Source: Candidatus Poribacteria bacterium
GTDB lineage: Bacteria; Poribacteria; WGA-4E; WGA-3G
Assembly (NCBI GenBank): GCA_963663765.2
Contig: CAXXUA010000002.1
Coordinates: 96,001 to 160,000 of the forward strand
Reading direction: 5' to 3'
Length of the DNA: 64,000 bases
Under the pieces are notes generated by a model. It saw nothing but the letters and a program-made list of their open reading frames with translations, was not told the DNA's origin and did no database searches. Below, one piece after another: positions 1 through 10,436 of this stretch (the first letter of the stretch is position 1; each line of letters starts with the position of its first letter). A program made the translations under genes and the position numbers.

Positions 1-1140
1 TTGAGAGAGTTTGAGTTTTCCAATACTTTGATACAGTTTTGAAAGGTTTAGGTGGAAATAGGGTTGTTCTTGGTCTAATTCAACTGCTTGTTCAAACATT
101 GTAATTGCATTATTTATATCACCAATCATTGCATAAGCACTTCCAAGCGTATTATAATACAGTGCAGTTTTTGGCATGAGTTTTGCTGCCTTAGTTACAG
201 GTTCCAATGCCAATTTCGGATATCTCATGTTAATGAATGCTTGTCCCAGTGCGTGGTAAAATCCAGCAAGTGTTTGGGGTGATGCCTTTTGCTTTATGCT
301 AAGTTGAATGCAAGTTTGTAAGGTGATGATTGCCCGGTTATACTTTTTTTGTCGCATTAGGACTTTTGCTAAACCAGACCAACCATCAAGGTTGTTTGGG
401 TCTACGCGTGTCAGTCGCGTAAATCTTTCATAATCTACATTGTTTTTCTGTAGTCGTTGGTAAATTTGCATTTCTGCTTTGCTTTTCTCAGTTTCACCGA
501 TACGCATGTACGCTGTGCCGAGTCCGAAATGAGGATCTGCAAAGTCAGGTGGACCAAACTTGACTGCTTTTGTGAAATGTTCTATTGCTTCGTCGTAGTG
601 TTTTAGATTTAGGTAGGCAGTGCCAATTTCATTATAATTCTGTGTAGCATTTGGTCTAAGCATAATTGCTTCTTTTAGTACCTCTACCGCTTCTGAATAC
701 TGACGAAGTTTGACGTATGTCTTACCGAGTAGTTCAAATCCGCGTGCATGTTTCGGTGATAATTCGGTGACCTTTTGCAATGGTTTGATTGCATCCTGCC
801 ACTGATTTAGTTTGAAATGTACGACACTCAAGGAATATAGAACTTCAATATTATCAGGTTTTAAATCTAAGGAACGCTTAAAAACTTCAACTGCTTTATT
901 CCATGATTCGTTTTCTGCATAAGACATACCCAAATAGTGTAGTATTTCAAAGTGATTAGGTTCTATGGATAGTGCTGCTTCAAAAGCAGAAATCGCATTG
1001 ACATTATCACCATTGAATAGGTAGATAAAACCTTTTTCAACGTTTTGCACGTAAGTACTATGGTTTGTGTTCTGTGCAAATAGTCCGTTCAATGGACAAC
1101 AGGTACAGAGAATGAGTAATATTTTCAACCAAATTCGCAT
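1..1140 (-). CDS. Secreted tetratricopeptide-repeat (TPR) protein, 3' end runs off the window
   Basis: Manually translated, absent from the ORF track: ATG at 1140, MRIWLKILLILCTCCPLNGLFAQ signal-like start, then many TPR units (AISAFEAALSIEPNHFEILHYLG, AVEVFKRSLDLKPDNIEVLYSL, LYYNTLGSAYAMIG); frame open to base 1. Confidence 0.85.
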   Translation of the reverse strand, partial: MRIWLKILLILCTCCPLNGLFAQNTNHSTYVQNVEKGFIYLFNGDNVNAISAFEAALSIEPNHFEILHYLGMSYAENESWNKAVEVFKRSLDLKPDNIEVLYSLSVVHFKLNQWQDAIKPLQKVTELSPKHARGFELLGKTYVKLRQYSEAVEVLKEAIMLRPNATQNYNEIGTAYLNLKHYDEAIEHFTKAVKFGPPDFADPHFGLGTAYMRIGETEKSKAEMQIYQRLQKNNVDYERFTRLTRVDPNNLDGWSGLAKVLMRQKKYNRAIITLQTCIQLSIKQKASPQTLAGFYHALGQAFINMRYPKLALEPVTKAAKLMPKTALYYNTLGSAYAMIGDINNAITMFEQAVELDQEQPYFHLNLSKLYQSIGKLKLSQ

Positions 1141-1602
1141 CTTTTTAACCTGATTTTTTTTCAAACAATTCCTTTTCAAGAGATCTGACAATCTTGGATA
1201 AATACTGCAACATAATGGCTATTGATGAAATGATGGTTATATTATAGCAATAAATTTCTAAAATTACAAACAGATTGTGAAATTCGCAGGTTTATTTATT
1301 ATGTTATAGGTTTCCGTTGTATTCTTTATATTTTAGTTCTTCATGAATGGGTATTTATGATTTATCTGTGGAGTGGAACAATAGTTAAACAATAGATTTC
1401 ATGGTTTGGTTTTATTTTGAAAGCGAAGGAAAATGAATGCACACCCACACACTTAGAAATAGTGCTTTGAATAGTTTTTCGCTCAAAAAAACTTGCTTAA
1501 TAAAACATAATAAGGTATCCTTTTTAATACGGTTTAACATGTCGCATCTACTGAGAGATCTGAAGATAAATCAGGAGATAAGAAAGATTGGGAGGAATCT
1601 GG

Positions 1603-2301
1603 ATGGCAGAAAAACTATCCATTGTGATTCCGATATACAACGAGGCAGAACATTTAGAAGAGATTCTAAGACAAATTCAAGCTGTTGATATCGGCATGGA
1701 AAAAGAACTGATTCTGGTCGATGATTGTTCAACAGATGGCACTCGCGAAATACTTCAGAAACTGCAGAACGCTGCTGACAATACAGCAAAAGTCTTCTAC
1801 CACGAAATTAATCGGGGAAAAGGAGCAACTTTACGAACAGGTTTTGAACATATAACAGGCGAAATTACGTTGATTCAGGATGCGGATTTGGAATATGATC
1901 CAAATGATTACCCGAAATTGCTTGAACCCATTCTAACGAATCAAGCAAGTGTCGTGTATGGGTCTCGTTTCATGGAGGGACGTCAAGAAGGCTTGTTACG
2001 CAGTTATCTTGCTAACCGATTTCTCACAGGTCTTTCAAATTTAGTCAATGGTACAAAATTGACCGATATGGAAACCTGCTATAAGGTCATTAAAACCGAG
2101 ATTTTGAAGGGGATATCACTTCATTCTGATAGGTTCGGTTTTGAACCAGAAATTACTGCAAAACTTGCCAGGCGAAAATGCAAAATTGTTGATGTACCGA
2201 TAAGTTATCGTGGTAGGGATTACCATCAAGGCAAGACAGTCAGTTGGAAAGATGGTATTGCGGCGATTTTTCATATCATTCGGTTCCGTTTCTTTTCATA
2301 G
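1603..2301 (+). CDS. GT2 glycosyltransferase (polyprenol-phosphate sugar synthase-like)
   Basis: LSIVIPIYNE, VDDCSTDGT, NRGKG, QDADLEYDP, DMETCYK, FGFEPE motifs; GGGAGG RBS before ATG 1603 (ORF track start 1588). Confidence 0.9.
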   Translation: MAEKLSIVIPIYNEAEHLEEILRQIQAVDIGMEKELILVDDCSTDGTREILQKLQNAADNTAKVFYHEINRGKGATLRTGFEHITGEITLIQDADLEYDPNDYPKLLEPILTNQASVVYGSRFMEGRQEGLLRSYLANRFLTGLSNLVNGTKLTDMETCYKVIKTEILKGISLHSDRFGFEPEITAKLARRKCKIVDVPISYRGRDYHQGKTVSWKDGIAAIFHIIRFRFFS

Positions 2302-2319
2302 ATTTTCTTCATTATTTTT

Positions 2320-4101
2320 ATGCAAAAAAGATATCTAAAGGATTTACTAAAAGAGGTGGATGGTATCCTTAATTCATCTCAAGAGTCCGATCCACAACCT
2401 GACCTTGAACAGCTTGAAGACCAAGATGATGAACTACTAAATGCATTAAGTCAACACTTTGAACATGTTGCTTTCAAAAAAGGACAACGTGAAATAATTG
2501 AAGCCATATTAGATGGCGAAAATGTATTTGCAATTTTTCCAACAGGACACGGAAAATCTTTATGTTACCAATTGCCTGCCTTAATGTTACAAGGAACAAC
2601 GGTTGTCGTCTCACCCTTGATTTCTTTGATGAAGGATCAGGTAGACGCTTTAAAGGCACGTGGTGTTAAATCGGTATCATTGATTAACAGCACGTTATCC
2701 TGGGAAGATTATCTGTATGAGATCAATCGGTTAAAGCAGGGAAAAACAAAATTACTATATATCTCTCCTGAACGTCTCCGTAGTAGAAGGTTCTTAGATT
2801 TACTCAATTCTATTCTCATTTCTCTATTTGTTATTGATGAGGCACACTGTATATCCCAATGGGGACGTGATTTTCGTCCTGCCTACCTTTCGCTCTGTGA
2901 TGCCTTAAGTACACTCTACCCAAGAGCAATAGCACTTTTTACAGCGACTGCTCCCCCCGATATTCGTAAGGATATTCTTAACATCCTTGATATTCCGAAT
3001 CCACGTGTACTTATTCAAGGAATGGCAAGACCCAATTTAAAGTTGTCTGTTCTTGAAAGCAAAGATAAAGAACACAAGTATACTTTACTTGACGAAAGTA
3101 TGCAATCACTTAAAGGCAATGGAATTATCTATGCGGGTAGACGCAGCGAAACTGAGGAGATTGCTAATTATCTCAAGGAACAGGGATATAAAGCGGATTA
3201 TTACCATGCAGGACGTGAATTGTTTAATCGGAAACAGATACAAGAAGCATTTTTTGATGATAGCGGCGATGGATTAGACATCGTAGTTGCGACAAATGCT
3301 TTTGGTATGGGGATTGATAAGCCGAACATAAGATTTATTATACATTGGACGATGACGGGTACGCTTGAGGAATATTGTCAAGAAATTGGTCGTGCAGGTA
3401 GAGATGAATTAGACTCACAATGTATTTTAATATATTACCATGATGACCGTGGTTTACATGAATACTTTATCAAAGAGAGTGCTCCAGATAAACCATCACT
3501 TCTAAAGCTTCTGCAAGAAATTGAAAATCTAAAGGGGGCGGGACAATTTCGAATGGTAGCATTAGAAGAATTAATACTGAAAAGCGGATTTAATGAAGCA
3601 AAACTGCAGGTTGCATTTACATATTTAGAGAAACTTGGTTTTATAAAAAGATGGCATAATGTCCCGGCTCGTATTTCGGTGAGTTTGCGTTCATCTACTC
3701 ACGTAACGTCAGCAACACATTCTGAATTGCTAAAGCAGCTGGGACGAAGAAAAGTTACGGACATTATTACTTTTTGCCAAGAGTTTGACCTGAGTCCGCG
3801 TATCGTTATGGAGCAACTGGCAGAACTTCAGAACGACGGTTGTCTTCAATACTGGGGTAAGGATGACCTTATGCTGATAGAATTGTTGCAGGATAGTGAG
3901 TTCTTTGATTCTCTCTCCGAAGACCAGATGGGTTTCTCTGATTATGTCAAATACAAGCAGAGCAGAATTGATAAAATGGTGCGGTATGCAGGTTCTGAGG
4001 AATGCAGAATTAGAGTTATACGTCGTTATTTTGGTGAGGAAGTCGCAGATGATTACCGATGTGGTACGTGTGATAGGTGCAGTCAAAATTGTATAAAATG
4101 A
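2320..4101 (+). CDS. recQ: RecQ-family ATP-dependent DNA helicase
   Basis: PTGHGKSLCYQLPA, DEAHCISQWG, TATA, ATNAFGMGIDK, QEIGRAGRD, C-terminal Zn site (CRIR...CGTCDRC); no HRDC domain. Confidence 0.9.
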   Translation: MQKRYLKDLLKEVDGILNSSQESDPQPDLEQLEDQDDELLNALSQHFEHVAFKKGQREIIEAILDGENVFAIFPTGHGKSLCYQLPALMLQGTTVVVSPLISLMKDQVDALKARGVKSVSLINSTLSWEDYLYEINRLKQGKTKLLYISPERLRSRRFLDLLNSILISLFVIDEAHCISQWGRDFRPAYLSLCDALSTLYPRAIALFTATAPPDIRKDILNILDIPNPRVLIQGMARPNLKLSVLESKDKEHKYTLLDESMQSLKGNGIIYAGRRSETEEIANYLKEQGYKADYYHAGRELFNRKQIQEAFFDDSGDGLDIVVATNAFGMGIDKPNIRFIIHWTMTGTLEEYCQEIGRAGRDELDSQCILIYYHDDRGLHEYFIKESAPDKPSLLKLLQEIENLKGAGQFRMVALEELILKSGFNEAKLQVAFTYLEKLGFIKRWHNVPARISVSLRSSTHVTSATHSELLKQLGRRKVTDIITFCQEFDLSPRIVMEQLAELQNDGCLQYWGKDDLMLIELLQDSEFFDSLSEDQMGFSDYVKYKQSRIDKMVRYAGSEECRIRVIRRYFGEEVADDYRCGTCDRCSQNCIK

Positions 4102-4107
4102 TATACG

Positions 4108-5325
4108 TTATATCTTTTTTAGTACTTCTTGATATACGGTTTGGAGTGGGATGTTATTATTTTCTGCGATTGACTTGCAGTCTTCATATTCAGGAGTTGA
4201 CTTGATGAGAACCTCATTTAAGTAACCCCGTTTGACACGGACATTACCCCATTGTGTTACCACATCTGTAAAATCTCGATTGAGAATTACACGGTTTGCG
4301 GGATAATAACGAACTCCGAAAGTTGTTGTTTCTGTAAGAAGTACTTTGATCAACTTGTCTCTATTGACAGAAGGACAGAGGACGTTTATCTGAGTACCGG
4401 GTCTACCTTTCTTCATCAGTGTTGAAACAAATAGCACATCTAATGCTCCGATTTCAAAAAGTTTCTCCATGACATAACCAGAGATTTCAGGGGTCATGTC
4501 GTCTACGTTTGTTTCTATAATTTCTATCTGTTCCCTCATGCCGAAACTGGCATCAAACATCCCAGATTCAGTGTCTTCATTGCTTTTTTCTCCAATGCAT
4601 ATACGCAGAAGATTCGGTTGTTGTTCCAAATCTCTAGTACCAGCACCGTAACCGATTTTGTCAACTGTCATATCTTTCATAACACCAAAGTCTTTAGCGA
4701 GTGTTGTGATGATTGCAGCACCTGTTGGTGTAACTAATTCATGGGGTATATCAGTTTGACGAATTGGAACACCGTTTAGGAGTTCCATTGTGCCAGGGAC
4801 AGGAACTGGCATCTTGCCGTGTGCACAACGAACAAAGCCTCTACCAAGGGAAAGGGGAGAAGCATAAATCTCTTCAATACCAAGTTCCTTCAAACCGATG
4901 ACAGAACCGATTATGTCCACGATTGAATCTATCCCGCTTACTTCGTGCAGGTGTACCTTGTGTTTGTCAGTGGCGTGAACTGTTGCTTCAGCTGATGCAA
5001 GTCTGTCAAAAATCTGTTTCGCAGTTTCACGAATTTCTGTATCAAGTTGACTATTATCCAATAGTGAAAAAATATCAGAAAGGTGTCTACTGGGACCGTG
5101 GGTATGCTTGTGGATTTCTGGTTCAAGTGCGGTTTCAACTTTTGCATGCGTTCCACTGATATTATGTTTTGATGTTTTTTGGATATGGATACTGAATTCA
5201 TCATCAAGGTTTAGCTTCTGTAATTCAGTTGTAAGTATATCTGTATCAACCCCTGCATCAACAATGGCGCCGAGTATCATGTCACCACTAATACCAGAGA
5301 AACAATCAAAATATGCGATTTTCAA
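4108..5325 (-). CDS. larC: Nickel-pincer cofactor biosynthesis protein LarC family
   Basis: KIAYFDCFSGISGDMILGA, His-rich linker, VHLHEV, ELVTPTGAAI, GYGAG, ETNVDD, MKKGRPG, PEYEDC; probable TTG start at 5325 (ORF track start 5448). Confidence 0.9.
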   Translation of the reverse strand: MKIAYFDCFSGISGDMILGAIVDAGVDTDILTTELQKLNLDDEFSIHIQKTSKHNISGTHAKVETALEPEIHKHTHGPSRHLSDIFSLLDNSQLDTEIRETAKQIFDRLASAEATVHATDKHKVHLHEVSGIDSIVDIIGSVIGLKELGIEEIYASPLSLGRGFVRCAHGKMPVPVPGTMELLNGVPIRQTDIPHELVTPTGAAIITTLAKDFGVMKDMTVDKIGYGAGTRDLEQQPNLLRICIGEKSNEDTESGMFDASFGMREQIEIIETNVDDMTPEISGYVMEKLFEIGALDVLFVSTLMKKGRPGTQINVLCPSVNRDKLIKVLLTETTTFGVRYYPANRVILNRDFTDVVTQWGNVRVKRGYLNEVLIKSTPEYEDCKSIAENNNIPLQTVYQEVLKKI

Positions 5326-5465
5326 ATGGGTATGTCCTTTGATTGGATAGTAGGAAGTGAAATTAGAAAACTGCAGAACGTTGCATAATTTTCTTTCTTG
5401 GCAAGTATTGCAAATAACAAACTTATGAAGGTGTATAGACACCTTCATAAGATGGGGATATGTTA

Positions 5466-7133
5466 TTATTTTTGAAAAAGTTCCATCAATAACTCTTTCG
5501 GTTCATTTCTTCGGAGTTTATTGAGAGCTTCAACTTCAATTTGTCTGACTCGTTCACGGCTGATTTCAAGTTTTGTACCGATGTCAGCGAGTGTGTATTC
5601 AGTGCCATCTATCAACCCGTAACGTAGCACAATGACATGCGTTTCACGTGGATTAAGTGTCCTGTTGAGCACCTCTTCCAAGACTTCAATTTTGGAATAA
5701 TTGACTAACTCAGTTTCCGGAGTGATTTGTGAATTGTCAGGAATCATATCTCGGATAGGCACTTCTGGTGCTGCTTCATTTATCGGTGCGTCCAATGAAA
5801 TTGGGTCTTTTGTTGCTTGTAAGATTTCATCAACCTTTTTCTCGGTAAGTTTGACTTCATGTGCGATTTCTTTTATAGTCGGTTCACGTCCGAGTTTTAT
5901 AGTCAGATTAGATTGAACTTGTTTGATCAATCGTCGTGTTTCACCGATATAGCATGGAACACGGATAATCTGTCCTTGTTGGTCGATTGCGCGTTTAATG
6001 GATTGCATCACCCACCAAGTTGCATAGGTGCTGAATCTATATCTGAGCGTGTGGTCAAACTTCTCAACAGCCTTCATTAGTCCGATGCTGCCTTCTTGCA
6101 TGAGATCAAGAAAGGTCAAAGCCGTTTTGTTGAAATGGTGTTGTTTTGCGATGCTTGCTACTAATCGCAAGTTGGCTTCAACGATTTTCATTTTTGTACC
6201 GTGTGCAAGTTTATCCGCATCATTGAGTTTTGTCAGAAGGTTTTGTATATAATCCAATTCAGCTTGAAGTGTTTCTAACAGAGGATCTATCGTGCTTGTA
6301 GTCCACTGAACATCAGGTGTCGTACCCATATTTGAGTATACTGTTTCTTCCAAAAGTTCAGAGGGGATTTTATTCATTAGTTGTACAAATTCATACTGTG
6401 TGTAGGAAAATGTATCAAGCAATAGTGTTACCTCCGCTTCCTCAAGCGGGTCTGCTTTGTTGATGGAGTCTCGTTCTAAACTTTGTGAAAACTGTTTCTG
6501 TTCCTGTTCGGACAGTATTGCTGTGTTTCGCACTTGTGATTTTCTTGCCGCATTGATGTTTTCACGTATAGTTTTTCTTGCATGAGATTTGAACTTCTTC
6601 CCATTTTCTGGTATCCAAGATTCTATAGCATTTAACAGACTGAGATAACCTACTTGCATTAATTCATGTGACATATCAGAATCTGAGTCGTTTGCATATT
6701 TTTTCAATAGATATAGGTTTCCTAATAGAATCTTAGTCTTTAACCGAACTAATTTATCTCGTTTATTTTCTAATCTATTAAATAAGTCATAAATAGACTG
6801 TATTTGAACTGTAATCTGATTTACAATCTGTCCATGTTCCTTCTGTGAGGGTAATACTTTTTCTCCTGCGTTGCGTTGGTTCTTAGTTGGGTATTCTAAT
6901 GAGGTGTATACCCATTTCGGAAGTAATTCAAAACTTGATGTGAATGCCTGAATCCCCTTTTGGTATTCCACAAAAAGTGCTTTTTCCTGTTGGGGTTCCA
7001 ACAACGGTGTTTTAGCAATAGTCTGAAGATAAGCGAAGGTTTCGTCCTTTACAGGCGCGTTGTTCTCCGCTTTTTTCTCCTCTGCTGGAAACATGTCCAA
7101 TTCTACTAAATCAGAGGGGTAAATGTTATTCAT
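5466..7133 (-). CDS. Sigma-70 family (RpoD/RpoS-like) RNA polymerase sigma factor with an internal degenerate duplication
   Basis: Region 1.2 YLQTIAKTPLL; region 2 EANLRLVASIAK...DLMQEGSIGLMKAVEKFD...FSTYATWW; region 3 LGREPT; region 4 ISRERVRQIE. Confidence 0.9.
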   Translation of the reverse strand: MNNIYPSDLVELDMFPAEEKKAENNAPVKDETFAYLQTIAKTPLLEPQQEKALFVEYQKGIQAFTSSFELLPKWVYTSLEYPTKNQRNAGEKVLPSQKEHGQIVNQITVQIQSIYDLFNRLENKRDKLVRLKTKILLGNLYLLKKYANDSDSDMSHELMQVGYLSLLNAIESWIPENGKKFKSHARKTIRENINAARKSQVRNTAILSEQEQKQFSQSLERDSINKADPLEEAEVTLLLDTFSYTQYEFVQLMNKIPSELLEETVYSNMGTTPDVQWTTSTIDPLLETLQAELDYIQNLLTKLNDADKLAHGTKMKIVEANLRLVASIAKQHHFNKTALTFLDLMQEGSIGLMKAVEKFDHTLRYRFSTYATWWVMQSIKRAIDQQGQIIRVPCYIGETRRLIKQVQSNLTIKLGREPTIKEIAHEVKLTEKKVDEILQATKDPISLDAPINEAAPEVPIRDMIPDNSQITPETELVNYSKIEVLEEVLNRTLNPRETHVIVLRYGLIDGTEYTLADIGTKLEISRERVRQIEVEALNKLRRNEPKELLMELFQK

Positions 7134-7374
7134 TTTTTGTTCCTCATGTCAACGCAAATTTCTTTGCTTCATAGAACCGATTATATAGTTGTCTTCAAGT
7201 GATCTTAATGCTATAAAAGGAAAAGTTTACTTTTTCTTACATCACTATTAAAAAAAGAATTCTTGAATTAGTGCTAAAAATGTGCTACATTACCGTTTCA
7301 AAATGTGTACATTGAACTTTATCAATTACTTTATGAGTTTTGGACTAAATAAACATCAATAGTGGAGGTATTTT

Positions 7375-7950
7375 ATGCAAGAAAAAAGTCAAAGTAATGT
7401 TGTAGAACGTATATCCGCTGGTGAATCTTTTGCGAATGAAAACTTAGAAAATATAAATTTGGCGAACCAATCTCTTGTCGGTGCAGATTTTTCTGCAGCA
7501 AATTTAAGTGGTGCGAATTTGAAAAATGCAGATTTAACTGATGCAAACCTAAACGATGCAAATCTTGAAGGTGCTGATCTTTCTGAAGCAGTATTGTTAC
7601 GCTCTTACCTTGTAGGTGCTAATCTTAAGGAGGCGACTCTTGAGAATGCTAATCTATTTGGTGCATTTCTGAGTGGGAGTCTTCTCTCTGGTACAAACTT
7701 TCGTGGTGCAGATTTACGTCGCGCAACTCTTGGTTGTCCAAAATGCGTACCAACCGAACAGTTTGGTAGTCTGACAACCTTTGAAAATGCAAACTTAGAA
7801 GAAGCAATCTTTGGTGAAATCAAATTAGATGGAATCGTATTATTGGGTGCAAATTTCAAAGGCGCATACCTCTACGAGGTTGATTTATCTGAAGCAATAT
7901 ACCGTGAAAGCGACCTTGAAGGTGCAATTACTAAACAGGGACGAAACTAA
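7375..7950 (+). CDS. Pentapeptide-repeat protein
   Basis: A(D/N)LxxA repeats throughout; GGAGG RBS. Confidence 0.9.
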   Translation: MQEKSQSNVVERISAGESFANENLENINLANQSLVGADFSAANLSGANLKNADLTDANLNDANLEGADLSEAVLLRSYLVGANLKEATLENANLFGAFLSGSLLSGTNFRGADLRRATLGCPKCVPTEQFGSLTTFENANLEEAIFGEIKLDGIVLLGANFKGAYLYEVDLSEAIYRESDLEGAITKQGRN

Positions 7951-7993
7951 CTATATGATTATTTGCCAAAATTTCTAATCAGAAACTTTCTGT

Positions 7994-8031
7994 CACAACC
8001 CTGACCATCATCGGTTCGGGGTTGTGTTTTT
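7994..8031 (+). terminator. Rho-independent terminator after the pentapeptide gene
   Basis: CACAACCC...GGGTTGTG stem followed by TTTTT. Confidence 0.65.
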
Positions 8032-8460
8032 AATGGGCAAACTTACCATAGAAGAATCTTTGCTTGCTAAAAAAGAGTTATGTTTGAAGAAATGCTAGTC
8101 GGTTTGCATTGTATTATGACGTTTTAAACACCAAATAGTTTACAAATATGCATTTTTCTTAAAAAACGTGAACTCGTTAAAAGTCTTTGTAGAGCATACT
8201 GTTAGTTTGCGTTCCACAGATGCACAAAATAACAGTTTGTGCTATAGTAGATTTCTCTATTTGTAAGGTTTTAGATTGCATAATAGGAAAAACACCTACC
8301 TATCTATACCCAAAATTCAAGTGGTTTTCGGACGCCCAGTTTACAATACTTTATTTCAGATCTCACGAAAAATCTATTATGTCCTTTAACGTGTGTTTTC
8401 TATCAGTTATTTCAAGAATAGATGTAGTTAGAAAAATACACACCAAACTATGTAAATATA

Positions 8461-8489
8461 ATTATAACACAAGTAAACGAGTTTGTCAA
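8461..8489 (-). promoter_or_regulatory. Perfect sigma70 consensus promoter with extended -10
   Basis: Minus strand reads TTGACA-aactcgtttacttgtgt (17 bp)-TATAAT, with TG at the extended -10 position. Confidence 0.7.
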
Positions 8490-8536
8490 ATATATTTGTG
8501 TGGAAGTCAAAGTTCCATAAGGTTTATCCCATAATC

Positions 8537-10396
8537 TTAACCGAGTAGCTGCTGCTTACACATTTTTCGGTAGAGTCCTCCTTTTTCTAATAATGTCTTA
8601 TGGTTTCCCCTTTCCACGATTTCTCCATTACTAATAACTAATATGGTATCTACCTGCTGCACTGTTGAGAGACGGTGTGCGATAATAAAACTTGTCCTAC
8701 CTTTCATCAAGTTTTTTAGAGATTCTTGAATGATTGCTTCGGATTGCGTATCAAGTGCGGAAGTAGCCTCATCCAGCACGAGAATTGGTGCATCTTTTAG
8801 AATCGCACGAGCGATTGAGATGCGTTGTTTCTCCCCGCCTGATAGGTTGCCACCCGATTCCCCGATGGGTGTGTCGTAATCATTTGGCATTTTCTTGATA
8901 AAGTCATGTGCGTTTGCTTTTTTTGCTGCGTCAACGATCTGATGCCTGTTTGATTCTGGTGAACCGTATCCAATATTATCAAGAATAGTACCATCAAATA
9001 GAAAAGTATCTTGAGGTACAAGTGCAATGTTTCGTCTTAATGAGTTCAAAGTGACAGCATCTATTGACACATTATCTATTAGTATTGCTCCGGAATCAAC
9101 TGCATAGAAACGTTGAAGCAGATTGAGAAGTGTTGTTTTTCCACTACCACTCGGTCCAACGAGTGCGATAATCTGTCCAGCTTCTGCGATAAAACTGACA
9201 TTATTTATTACAGGATGTTTGTCATAAGCAAATATTACATTCTTGAATTCAACTCTACCTTGTAATTCTTTTAGTATAGTTTTTCCTTCAGACAGGTCAG
9301 TCTGTTCGTCTTTCATATCCAGAATGACAAAAATGCGTTCTGCGGAAGCAAGGCTTTGTTGTAAGACATTATTTAGAGTCCCAATGGTCTTAATAGGTTT
9401 GTACAAAAGTGCGACCATGACTACATAACTTGTGAACCAACCAATAGACAACTTTCCTTCTATCACCTGCCAACATCCGAGTCCAATGACAATCGCACTT
9501 CCAATTGCCGCCATCCAGTCAATAACGGGTGGGAGAAGTGCAGCATAGCGCGCACGCCGAATTGCTGATTTGTATTGACTGGATGTGACTGATTGAAACC
9601 TATCCATTTCAGTCTTTTCTGTTGTGAAACTCTTGATGATGCTGATACCGGTCAAGGTTTCTTTGAGTTGTGAGAAGATATCCGAGCTGCGTTGTTGGAT
9701 TTCTGTGCTTGCTTTGCGAACACGTGTCCCTATTCGAGAGATTATATATGCTATCAAAGGTAAAACAAGTAGGGAGTAAATTGTCATTTCAATATTCTTG
9801 TATAGCATGAATGCTATAAAGACGATGACTTGGATAACTGCACGCATGATAGATGCGGTTGCAGCGACTGCTTGTTGCCAAATTCGGACATCATCGGTGA
9901 CGCGTGACATTACGTCACCACTTCGGCTTTCTGATAACACACCAAGTGGAGCTGAAACTATTTTTGCATATAAATCATTTCTTAAACCTAAACTGAGTTT
10001 GTTGCCAACACGTTCCATCAAAAAGTCAGTTCCAAAGAAAAACAATCCCATAACAAACACCAGACCGAGGACTCCGAATAAGAGCCAGATAAAGAAACCT
10101 ATAGCGTCTCCAGTACTTGTCAGTGTAACTTCAAAACCTTCAAATATGTTGTCTATGACAAAAAAACGGATGGATGTTGCTTGCGTGGATTGGTTGAAGT
10201 TTTCTAATGATTTTAGCGAATCAAGTGTATCAGCTAAAATCTGCAGGCGTCCAAGGTCGCATATAGAAACAACCAGTGCGAAACTCATTGCTAAGAGAAT
10301 AGATGCCGTGAATGGTGTAAGATAGCGGAGAAAACGTTTAAAGATGCTTTTTTGTTGCAAGTAATCATCGCCTTGATTATATGAATTGCGTTTCAA
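8537..10396 (-). CDS. ABC transporter fused permease/ATPase (MsbA-like exporter)
   Basis: N-terminal TM domain; GPSGSGKT, LSGGEKQR, LVLDEATSALD, IAHRLST. Confidence 0.9.
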   Translation of the reverse strand: MKRNSYNQGDDYLQQKSIFKRFLRYLTPFTASILLAMSFALVVSICDLGRLQILADTLDSLKSLENFNQSTQATSIRFFVIDNIFEGFEVTLTSTGDAIGFFIWLLFGVLGLVFVMGLFFFGTDFLMERVGNKLSLGLRNDLYAKIVSAPLGVLSESRSGDVMSRVTDDVRIWQQAVAATASIMRAVIQVIVFIAFMLYKNIEMTIYSLLVLPLIAYIISRIGTRVRKASTEIQQRSSDIFSQLKETLTGISIIKSFTTEKTEMDRFQSVTSSQYKSAIRRARYAALLPPVIDWMAAIGSAIVIGLGCWQVIEGKLSIGWFTSYVVMVALLYKPIKTIGTLNNVLQQSLASAERIFVILDMKDEQTDLSEGKTILKELQGRVEFKNVIFAYDKHPVINNVSFIAEAGQIIALVGPSGSGKTTLLNLLQRFYAVDSGAILIDNVSIDAVTLNSLRRNIALVPQDTFLFDGTILDNIGYGSPESNRHQIVDAAKKANAHDFIKKMPNDYDTPIGESGGNLSGGEKQRISIARAILKDAPILVLDEATSALDTQSEAIIQESLKNLMKGRTSFIIAHRLSTVQQVDTILVISNGEIVERGNHKTLLEKGGLYRKMCKQQLLG

Positions 10397-10436
10397 AGTC
10401 TATTTGTTGCTTTGGAAAAGAAACATGGATACCAAA

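Noticed and set aside
88-1789. Short ORFs 88-282, 1437-1688 and 1571-1789
   Set aside because: Shadow frames of the TPR and GT2 genes or AT-rich intergenic sequence
8220-8534. 104-aa plus-strand ORF
   Set aside because: No recognisable motif or RBS, and it overlaps a strong opposite-strand promoter
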